Shown one piece after another: positions 1 through 12,588 of a DNA stretch of 64,000 nucleotides; the first letter of the stretch is position 1, and each line of letters opens with the position of its first letter. This stretch comes from Eledone cirrhosa (lineage: Eukaryota), in NCBI GenBank assembly GCA_964016885.1, contig OZ024742.1, positions 269,948,001 to 270,012,000 of the forward strand. The letters are read 5' to 3'. Position numbers and translations under genes: made by a program. The notes under the pieces are model-generated. The model saw only the letters and a list, made by a program, of their open reading frames with translations, was not told where the DNA came from and searched no databases.

Positions 1-80
1 ATTACCCACTCTACTACCTCAAGTATTGAGTACTTTGGTGCGTTATGGTCCACCTGGTTCCTTACCACATTTCCTTCGTT
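1..80 (+). mobile_element. 3' tail of a PLE pseudo-LTR, same family as 21200-21295
   Basis: Close match to ctctactaccctaagtattgagtactcttgtgcgttattgtccatctggttccttaccaca at ~21222-21282. Ends in a (TA)n tract. Confidence 0.75.
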
Positions 81-99
81 ATATATATATATATATATA

Positions 100-424
100 T
101 CGCTTCTGAATTTGTTTAGCAAGATTCTTTATCTGAAAACGTGTGTTGAAACCGACATTGTTATGCTGTGGGAGGGTCATGTTGCCAATAAGAAACACAC
201 GCACCAGTTGCTCAAGATGGTGTATGACAGAACAAAGGAGAGGCAAAAAACAAAGAAAATAATCCCCGGTCACTGAAGAGGTCATATAATGTGTGACGAA
301 ATAACTATGACAATATATGAACAACCGTCCGGTTGTGGAACCAACCAACCAACGGGAAATTTATAATAAATTGGAGTGAAACACTGGTGCGTGTGTTTCT
401 CATTGGCAACATGACCCTCGCAAA

Positions 425-428
<4 letters not shown>
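100..428. mobile_element. Naiad-like PLE mini-remnant with inverted termini
   Basis: ~165-208 is the reverse complement of ~382-426. The body matches 62110-62365 and the reverse complement of 2220-2460. Flanked by (TA)n on both sides. Confidence 0.75.
269..311 (+). ncRNA. Minimal type I hammerhead ribozyme (+1 nt core variant)
   Basis: GTCA-CTGAAGA-G-GTCATAT/aat/GTGTGAC-GAAA-taac-TA-TGAC. Confidence 0.65.

Positions 429-508
<80 letters not shown>
428..508. repeat. (TA)n microsatellite
   Basis: Pure TA run. Confidence 0.98.
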
Positions 509-513
<5 letters not shown>

Positions 514-1749
514 TAAATATATAAATACACACACATTCGATCATCGTTACACAACCTCCTACGGGACAAGTTCCCGTTTGTGTATGGCCTAGACTTTCTC
601 AGAACCTTCCATTAAATTGTGAAATCGATGTCTGCATCGTTGAGTGACCACATGTGGTTTGCTATCTTCGTGGACGATCGCTTATCCCAGTGTCTACCTA
701 TGTTTTGAGCTCCTGTTGTTGGTTTTGACCAGTAGATAAAACTTCAGGTATGTTACACTTTTGTTTTAGGGTGCATGTTTCTGGGCCTCTGCAAGTACAC
801 CCGACTTGTGTGTTTAAACTGTTTAAATATTTTGACTGGTTCTAGCTGGAACTCTTCTTCGTTGCCTCTGCCTCGTTGCATATATATTGGTGCTTTCTTG
901 AATTTGAAAAAATTAACGTTGGTAATTGTGGCAACGGTGGAACGTCAAATTTGTCTTTGCCTCCCCCAAATACAGTCATGACTTATTCGGAGTTCACATA
1001 CTTGCGTTAAAATATAAACAGAATACACGCAAATGTTATGGATGTCGTTGCTATACATGGGCTAACATTGAAGGGGATATGACATATATACACACACGGA
1101 AGAGATATAGAAAATATATGTCAATATGTCTCGCAACCCATTGCGCAGATTTTGATATCAAAGTAGGCGCATGCTGTTGCTTTATATTGAGTGCACCTGA
1201 GTCGTTCACTTGATTAAGTGAAATTCTGAAGCAAGTATGTATTGACGTTTTAGTGTCAGATACTGTGTTGAACACGCGACGCTCGCTTTCTTAGCTTTCC
1301 ATACTTATATATTCTTTGTTAACTTACTTGCTTAGTTTCAGCTTTCGGTTTCAATGCACTATTGGACTGCTCGCGTGCTGACTTTCTTTCGATTTCTCAC
1401 ATATTTATTCTCTCTATTTTCCATCATATTCCGGCGCAGTGTAGATGTTAACTCTCGACGACAAATATCAACACTGATTGACAAAAAGCAAGCAAATGAC
1501 CCATTATATATAAATATATATAACCGCATATGGTTCACAGGAAAGAGAAATGTGTACTCAATACTAAAGTAGAGTTTAAATATTCATTTTCGTTAGACTA
1601 AAACGTGAGACTTGTTAATCTGGGGTTTCCCCTGTTTATCATGTGGTCATGAAACCAGATATAATGAACATGTGATAAACAGGAGAAACACATAAATGAT
1701 AAAACTCACTTTTACCCTTAATCAATAAGTAGATAAATATATATATGAG

Positions 1750-1920
1750 AATTTGCAGAAAGAGAATTTGCTTCGAAGCCACTAGACGTATCTGAGAAAC
1801 TTGCGAATCCAGAGTCAGTTTCGATCCACAAAAAGATCGAACTCGAGCTGTCCGCCGGAGAAACAATTGTAATACGTAATACATTGTGTTCCGATGCAGC
1901 ACTGATTCTTCGTTTGCCAT
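1750..1920 (-). repeat. Unclassified interspersed repeat, homologous to 19228-19390
   Basis: Its reverse complement shares ttacaattgtttctccggc, agctcgag and aatcagtg with 19240-19310. Confidence 0.6.
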
Positions 1921-1996
1921 ATTATCATATTCTTCTCCGAAGGAGCATAGAGTGCTCAACCGGCATACCGTCCATGGGTGCATCCTAGAAACCATA

Positions 1997-2152
<156 letters not shown>

Positions 2153-2155
<3 letters not shown>

Positions 2156-3041
2156 AAAATAGTCACAACCCCGATGGCTGATCTCCAGAGATTTCGACAG
2201 CTATATCCGAAATAAAACATACCTATTGTTATACTTTGGGAGGGTCATATTGCCAATAAAAACATACGCACTCCTAGCCTTCCACTTCAATTTATTATAA
2301 TTTTCTGACTGGCTGGTTGGTTGGTTCGATAACTGGAAGGTTGTTTATATATTGTCAAAGCTCTTTCGTCACATATTATGTGACCACCCCAGAGACTAGG
2401 TTCTATATTATGTGTCTTTCCCTTGTTCTGTCCTACATCATCCTGTTTTTGTATGTTGTGAGCTTAATTTCCGCATGCTTTACATCCGAGTGCATGTGTG
2501 TGTGTGTGAGAGAGATTATTTATTTATTTATGTGTTTATATACTTGTCACAAGTTGCTTGTTTCTTCCATCTGTGTGTGCCTGGTTTGTTTTGTTGGTTT
2601 GGTTTTTGTGCGTCTGTATGTTTTTATTGTGTCCTTAATTACTAGTTGTGATGTTTTTATTCTACTTATGTCTTCTGTTTAATTTGGTTTGAGTTGGTTT
2701 TTTGCATCTGTGAATTGTCTGAGCATTGCATATTTTCTGTGTGTGGATATAATTGTTACCTCTATGTTCTCTAATGTGCCCCTATGTACGATCTTTGCAT
2801 GTTGGTGGAATACTGATGAGTTCTTACCATCCTGGAGTTCTCGCCAGTGTTCACTTATCCTATCTCCTATGCTACGGGCTATTTCCCCTATGTATGTTAT
2901 ATTCTTATTCATACAACAAGCCGGGAGCGTATCAGAAAGTGAAGCGAAAATCAACAGGTGCGCGTATCTTTAATGGCTACATGTATCTTTCAAGACACCT
3001 TTCCAGATAAGACGTCTCGCAAAACAAATTCGAAAACGAAT
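2153..3041 (-). mobile_element. Naiad-like PLE 3' remnant (GIY-YIG C-terminus plus 3' UTR)
   Basis: ORF 2679-2954 reads YIGEIARSIGDRISEH...HQHAKIVH. 3' UTR matches 61930-62365. An inverted piece of the ORF N-terminus lies at ~2985-3040. Confidence 0.85.
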
Positions 3042-3058
3042 TATATATATATACATCT

Positions 3059-3146
<88 letters not shown>

Positions 3147-3228
3147 GTTATTCCGGGTTGAATCGTAGGTAACCACAGTAAGTAAGGTACTCAATACATA
3201 GCAGAGTATAAAAGTTTTAATATAGATG

Positions 3229-3279
3229 AGATTCTACAGGACTAGAACTGTTTCATTCATTAGAAATCATCAGGAATCT
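3229..3279 (-). ncRNA. Type I hammerhead ribozyme
   Basis: Reverse-complement copy of 7684-7734. Confidence 0.75.
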
Positions 3280-3436
3280 GGGTATCAAGAAATAAAAATG
3301 GGATTTATAGGTCTCTACAAGTGGCAGGAGAGGGTGGGGAGTGGGATGGGTGTAGGTCATTGGTTGATAGAAAAGGGAATTCATTAAAAGCTAATTCTAC
3401 AAACCTATAGTTTATTTTTATTTATTTATGTTTTTA

Positions 3437-5020
<1,584 letters not shown>

Positions 5021-5163
5021 GGCACATAAAGACACCTCTACAGGCAAAAAAATGTGTAGATACGAAAGAGGTACTCACATAACCATAGTGGCCGTATTTC
5101 AGGTTGAGGAGGGGTGGGGTAGGGTGGGGAGGAGGTATAGGGGCCAATAGGGGGAGGTCGTTT

Positions 5164-6333
5164 TTAGCCATCGGGCTTTAACACTGGCTTAAAGTGTTTG
5201 AAAGTTGCAAAGTTCTTGTGCATGCAGTTCGGGCAGTGTTCAGAGAGTTTGTTCAGTAGCGGGCCCTTGGCGAATAAAATTTCGTTGCTCTCTGAAATAC
5301 AAAGGTCGCAGCCCTTGTGTCCTCCGTTGTAAGAGCGGGCTTTCTGGAGTATTTTCCATTTAAGCGTGAAGGGGGTGGAGTTCCTTTTGAGGTCCCAAAC
5401 GTAGGAGGCGAGTGTTGTCTGATTTGATTTATCCGGTCTTCTGAAGGAGTGGATATACCAACGGGTCTTAAAGTTGTTGGAGGTCATGCCGATGTAAGTT
5501 TTTTTGCAATCCTCGGTGCCTGAGATGACATCGCATTTGTATACGATGTCATTTGTGAGGCATTTGTTTTCAAGTGGGCATGCTTCCTTATTTAGGCAAT
5601 TACATAGAGCCCCAGTCCGGGGATTGGTTTCGGAGGTGGTTGGCTTATTTAATTTAGAATTGTGGTTGGCTATATTCCTAGCTAGGTTAGGTGTGGTGGA
5701 GTAAGACAGTCTTATAGTGTTCTTATTAAAGATGGTGTAGTACCTATGTTGTATGGGGAAGTGTAATTTCAGTAAAGTGAAGACAATCCTAGCTATCGGA
5801 GTAGATACCTCTCTATTGAAGGGAGGGTTGTACCAGCTAATCTGCCTATGTCTATTCCTCCTCTGCAATCTTGCGGTGGTTTCTAGGTAAGTTATCTTAT
5901 CTTTAAATCCGCTACGGGCGAGGGCGTCATTGTAGTAGGAGGCAGATGCATTAAAAATATCTTTGTTGGCGGAGAGGCCAGATATTCTAATAGAGACGCT
6001 TTTTACTAGGTTATCAGTGATGTTTTGGGGGTGGTTTGAATTAACATTAATATATTTAAGGGACTAGAGGGAAGTATTTAGGTCGAGAGTGACATCTAAG
6101 AAGTTGGCCCTAGTCAAATTAGAATCTATAGTTATACTAAATCCTAGATTAGAGAAGAAAGAGCTTAAGTTTTTCCGAAACCCATCGGTGGTTCTGGGGT
6201 TAAACTTATGCAGGGCGAAGAGGCCGTCGTCTCGGTATAAACCTCCCGTTAGGCCGGTAAAGAGGTTCGTCAGGTTATGTAGGATGTACAGGCCCACAAG
6301 GTCGCTAATTTCAGCCGAGTCACTCGCCCCCAT
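5164..6333 (-). pseudogene. PLE RT/GIY-YIG polyprotein fragment (disrupted)
   Basis: ORFs 6064-6333 and 5164-5868. The intervening sequence encodes NSNHPQN...YYNDAL. Confidence 0.9.
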
Positions 6334-6369
6334 GCTATATATATATCTGAATATATGTATGAATGGTGT

Positions 6370-7200
<831 letters not shown>

Positions 7201-7526
7201 GTGAGTGTGTGAGTGAGTATATTTTTTTGTGAATGTGTCTGTTGATTTTTGGCATATAGTTGATTAGTTTAAGAGAAGTTCGAAGATAATTGTAAGATAT
7301 GCACTCAGTATTTTGAATCTGTCTACAGAATTCTCTAGACCTTTGTCACTTAGTAGAACCTTAATGATTTTAGCTTTTAAAGAATCTCCCTTTTCTTTAA
7401 TTCTATCGACCATGACTGACCCCCCACTGACTTTATAGACATCTGTTAGCTTAAGAGAAACTTAATGACAAGGACTGGTATGCCATCCGGAACCTGTTTA
7501 TAGAATTCTGTCTGCCCTTGTTACTC

Positions 7527-7744
7527 TAAAAACATAAATAAATAAAAATAAATTATAGGTTTGTAGAATTAGCTTTTAATGAATTCCCTTTTCTATCAAC
7601 CAATGACCTACACCCATCCCACTCCCCACCCTCTCCTACCACTTGTAGAGACCTATAAATACCATTTTTATTTCTTGATACCCAGATTCCTGATGATTTC
7701 TAATGAATGAAACAGTTCTAGTCCTGTAGAATCTCATCTATATT

Positions 7745-7748
<4 letters not shown>
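7527..7748 (+). mobile_element. Inverted pseudo-LTR copy of 3215-3436
   Basis: ~220-bp near-identical inverted repeat, ending at (TA)n. Confidence 0.9.
7684..7734 (+). ncRNA. Type I hammerhead ribozyme (GUA site)
   Basis: AGATTC-CTGATGA-tTTC/taat/GAAt-GAAA-CAG..CTG-TA-GAATCT. Confidence 0.75.
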
Positions 7749-7817
<69 letters not shown>

Positions 7818-8000
7818 ACAGGAGGCTGGACTGGTGTAAATCCTTGAAAGGTTCATTTATAATTAACTCCGTATTCGTACCACCAACTACACAAACGAAG
7901 ATAGGTGAACTGCACTGCGTTGAGTACTCTTCACAATATTACACTAGGATTGACCATACGGAATGACCAGTTCTATCCAGTGGTGAACCAACAAACCTAA

Positions 8001-8053
<53 letters not shown>

Positions 8054-8923
8054 TATGTATATATTACAAGGAGTCGGGATCTGACGGATGAGATATTGTC
8101 TCAAGACCTAAAACTAAAGAGTTTGCCGAAGGCTTTCACAGTTTTACTGGATGTATCATCAGGGGTGTGGTTTGTGGAAATAAGGCATACATTATTTTTC
8201 CAATTGTAAATTCTGTTCATATATGTGTTATTCTTATTTATTGCTAGAGAGCTGTTGTGTGTGTAGATATCTAGCTTAGTGAGTGTTTATATACATTGGT
8301 GCGTTTATCTATACATCCGAATTTATCTGCCTGGACAACTAGATTTAGGATAATCGTGGAGAGTGGGTGTAAATATATTTATCGAAAACATATTTGAGGG
8401 TGTGTGTGTGTGTTCGTCTGACCTCAGACATGGTTATCGCGATCTTTGGAAGACATATCTGTATAGATCTAGCATCGTAACTAGCACCACAACGCTCTAA
8501 TCAATGAATTATCCAAATTCCCCGTTTGGCAATTTATATTCATCTGTCAAAGTTGTGTCGACTTAATGGAAGTTAACTGAAAAAACTAACATGAAAAAAA
8601 CAAGGAACACCCTACCCAAGCTATTAAAGTAAAATATAGTAATTTTTTTTTTTGGGGGGGGGGGGGGGGGTTCAAGTTCATTTATTAATGAATAAAATAG
8701 TGCTTAAATTACGGTTAGGAGTTTAGATTTGACTTATTTATGGCATCCTCATTTCGTGGCATTATGGTGTTAGTGGTGGCGATTATAGCTCAGGTGGAGT
8801 GGGTGGAGTGATTGAATTTTAACATTTTGCAATGTAATGGATACGTGCGTGTGTTCCAAGGATCTTTGCGGGAGCCTTCCGCGTGCAATTAGGTATTGAT
8901 ATTTCAGTAATGGAGAGCAATGG

Positions 8924-9418
8924 TGGAAAGCTATCACTAATTCCAAGCCATACAGAAGGGATAATCCGTCTTGTGAACTGTGTATTGAAGAAAGGATCAA
9001 TATTCTGAGGAGTTTACGCAATAACAATTGCCTAAATTCAAGGAATGAGCTTTTTCCCCCGTTGTCCACAGTTCTGAAAACACCTCTTGCATAATTACAA
9101 GGCTCCGGATTGAATAACTTCAACATTTTAATATTCGAATCAACCCGAATAATTTATTCCAGACATTCGCAGTTATCTCCCTTACACCATTCGACTGTGG
9201 GATTACATCGGCTGGGAGAAGTGACCGTTTCTGCGCATGCGTATTCATACGTTTCTTTTTCCTTTTCCGTACAACTATCCTCAGACCGAGCTGAAGATCT
9301 ACAAGGTGAAACATTTATTCTCGGTATGGTGAACCAACTGTTGTGATACTACTTCTACCAAACTCGTGCCATGGACTGAGTGTTCTACTACTACGGATAT
9401 AGCCCTCCCGTGTTCTAC

Positions 9419-9420
<2 letters not shown>
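8924..9420 (+). mobile_element. Hydra-like PLE 3' end
   Basis: Plus strand reads WKAITNSKPYRRDNPSCELCIEERINIL...LNSRNELFPRCPQF*, followed by a hammerhead and (TA)n. Confidence 0.8.
9285..9325 (+). ncRNA. Minimal type I hammerhead ribozyme
   Basis: ACCGAG-CTGAAGA-tct/acaa/ggt-GAAA-cattta-TT-CTCGGT; stem II is weak. Confidence 0.6.
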
Positions 9421-9480
<60 letters not shown>

Positions 9481-9483
<3 letters not shown>

Positions 9484-10405
9484 ATGATCTTGTTATCTCG
9501 TGTCGTGTAAACAGAATACGTGGGACATATCTTACCTTCAAACTCCCTCGCGACCCGGGTGGGTAGAACTCGGCTGTATCTCTTTCCTATTGACAAACTA
9601 AGATAGAGGAAACGCCAAGCATACTTATTAGGTAGAAGTAGACATTCTTTCTTCTTTAATCTTTTCTTTTTTTTTTCTTTTTTCTTTATTAGTTACGCTC
9701 TCTAATTACACTTAGCTGGATCTTTGCATATCTTCACTATTATTTTCAGTTTCCTTTCTTCCTCAGGCTAACCCAAATAGTTTCACTCTTATTAAATATA
9801 CATGGTACAGGCGAACACATCGCCATTGTTTTTTCTTGGAGTGTATCATTATGGAAGATAATACTGGTAAATTACTACATTGACGAGCCGTTCCAGTGCA
9901 GTAGAATAACTGATAACTAAATTTAATTAGTGTTAACTCGTATATGCTTTGCTCTTTACCAAACTGTTAGACATTTCATCCCTACTTTCACTCTAAAATA
10001 TTCATCGATTTTCATATGCTGATTTTACCGCCATTAGAGATAGTTGTAAATAATTCCCTCTTAACCCATCACCAGCCTGGCACCCACAGGTCAGAATGTC
10101 ATCTTACTCCTTCCCCTTTGTTCTACAGGCAAGTACTGCCCACCCGTTCCCGCCGCTACGAAGGAATTTAACTATCTACATGACATACCAAAATCATTGA
10201 CCATTCCCCGTGGAAGAGAAGAAAAAACAACAAATTTTAGTATTGTTTGATTCGATACATCTACTGTTTTGATTGAATGCACATCTATGGACTGTACCCC
10301 TTGTTAAGTTCAGTTACGTCCATGTCGTCCTAATACTACATGTTTAGTTCTGATCTAGCTGTCGAAACGGCCGGAGATCAGCCGTCGGGGTCCTGACTCT
10401 TTTCC
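9481..10405 (+). mobile_element. Hydra-like PLE 3' end (DPGG* family)
   Basis: KDDLVISC...RGTYL...DPGG* matches the C-terminus at 20890-20973. Bounded by (TA)n. Confidence 0.7.
10296..10391 (+). ncRNA. Hammerhead-like fold with long stem II and TTGTTAA core
   Basis: ACCCC-TTGTTAA-(~55 nt hairpin)-GAAA-CGGC..GCCG-TC-GGGGT. Confidence 0.5.
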
Positions 10406-10493
10406 TATATATATATGTATATAGAATGAAAAAAGATGAAATCGAAAATGCAACGAGTCTTTTTTTGTTTTAATATATATATTTATTTGGTTC

Positions 10494-10529
10494 CTTTACC
10501 GGTTTCGCTGTTCTTCTGCTTTTCAAAAG
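10494..10529 (-). ncRNA. Minimal hammerhead, U3:A8 variant
   Basis: CTT-TTGAAAA-GC..GC-GAAA-CCGG-TA-AAG with palindromic stem III. Confidence 0.6.
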
Positions 10530-11322
10530 TAGAATTAAGATGGAGGGTTTGTGGTTTTACTCACATCTGGTTGGTGTTTGAATGTTACTTCTGTTTGATT
10601 AGAAAAAAGTGGCTCGAAATGCTAGGTTTTTAGAGAAGAAATTTAGTTGGTTGGTGAATAAGTATAATAAATTTCGCGCCATTCGTGTTACAATGTTCTT
10701 ATTATATTTGCCTTTAAACAAAATGGGGACTCTGGTTGTTTTTTCATATATGAGTGAAGTTTGGTTGGTTGATGCAGTCACGTGAAGAAGCACATCATCT
10801 TCGCGCCAGTTTATGTTTGAATTTCTTTTTACTTTAAAAAAAAAGCGTTTCACGAAGGCTTTTTTTTATAATTTGATTGGTTATAAATGGAATTATGACT
10901 GTCACGTGAACAAGTACATTACATTTCGCGCCCGTATATTTGGAATTTTTGTGTAGCCATTTAGAGAATTTTGTGCCAAATAAAAGATAATGGTCAAGAA
11001 AAAAGGATGGAGAGAATTGTTCTGAGTATGACTGATGCGCTGAAATGTAATTTGATTGGTTATAAATGAAATTATGACTGTTACGTGAATTAAATTTCGC
11101 GCCCGTATTTGGGAATTTATTTTGTGTCCATTTAGAAAATGTTGTGCCAAACAAAAGATAATGGTCAAGAAAAACGGGCTGTGTAGAATTGTGCTGTTTC
11201 AGTGAATATGGCTGGTGTGCTGGGGTGTCAACATTCAGACTTTCTATTGAAATAAAGAAAGTAGAAATATGTATGTTTATTTGTGTGCTGGTGCGTGTGT
11301 GTGTTTGTGTGCGTGTGCGTGC

Positions 11323-11371
<49 letters not shown>

Positions 11372-12398
11372 TGTGCGTGTAGGAAGATGATTCTATTAGT
11401 AGAAATTGGGGAGGAAGTTGTGTGTGTGTGTGTGTATGGGTGTTATATGTGTGTGGGAGTATGGTTAGCATGTTAAGATGGAGAAAAAAAAAAATATATT
11501 TTGTTTGTGTGTAGGAAAATGATTTTGTTAATAGTACTGGGGGAGGGAGCTATGTGTGTGTGGGGTGTCGTATGTTAAGGTGTTAAAGTATTAACGTATG
11601 TTAAGTTTTATTTAGTTCTGGTTTTTATTTTGAAAAGTAGAAGGTGTTATGTGTCTGTTTGGATGGTTAGCATGTTATGGTGTTGATATAATGTATATTA
11701 AACTATATTTAATGCTGGTCCTTATTTTTGAATAAACATATTTTCCTTATTTATTCGTATTTGTTCTATTGTTTTGTAAGGGCAGAGATAAAATGGGAAG
11801 ACTTGGAATGTGGGTGTCTTGTTACTTGCGCATATGTGTAGATGTGCACTGAGTGGTATCTGTCTTGCGGTAGGATCTAGTAATTGTTGGCGATGGACAG
11901 TCATTCTGTTTCTGAGAGTGAGTTTAGTTTACTCTATATGATCTTCATTGCATCCTTTACATTTAATGGCATAAAATAGATTTTTTGATGAGCAAGTGAA
12001 GGGATTTTTACAGCAAAATTTTGTCCTGATTGAAATGTATGCGTGTTGCCTTCAATGAGGTGAGTGCATGTTCCACAATTAGAGCGACCACATTTTTTGA
12101 CAGTTGGTTGTGGGTTTGTGGTAGGTCATTTGGCATTGGTGAGTAATGTTTTAGTGATTTCGGTTGTCTTTTGCTTTTGATTATTTTGTGTGTTTCAAGG
12201 GCTTTTTTTCATTCTTGGGTCTTGTTTCAATAGTGGGGTGTTCTTGGGAATAGTGTTGTAAGCTTCCGTATTTCTCGGGTTGTGTGTTGAGATACATGAT
12301 AGAATATTGGACGTATCTTGAATTCGTTTCTCTTTTCGTAATTCATCAATGCCTATTGCATTAGCTCTTTCTATTCCATTATTTATTAGTAATGGTGG

Positions 12399-12588
12399 AT
12401 TAGAACCGGTGTAATGGCAGTATCGGTAGAGGGTCGGACGCCATGCTTTCCAGCATAGTTATGTTCATTTACGGTCTGAGTTCAACTCCCGCCGAAGTTC
12501 ACTTTGCCTTTCATCCGTTCGGGGTCGATAAAATAAAGTACCAGTAATGTACTGGGTAATTGCTGGCCTTGTGCCAAAAGTAGAAACA
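12399..12588 (+). mobile_element. tRNA-derived SINE inserted in the Neptune-like PLE
   Basis: A box TGGCAGTATCGG, B box GAGTTCAACTC. 21-bp TSD attatttattagtaatggtgg (12378-12398 and 12589-12609). Confidence 0.9.
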
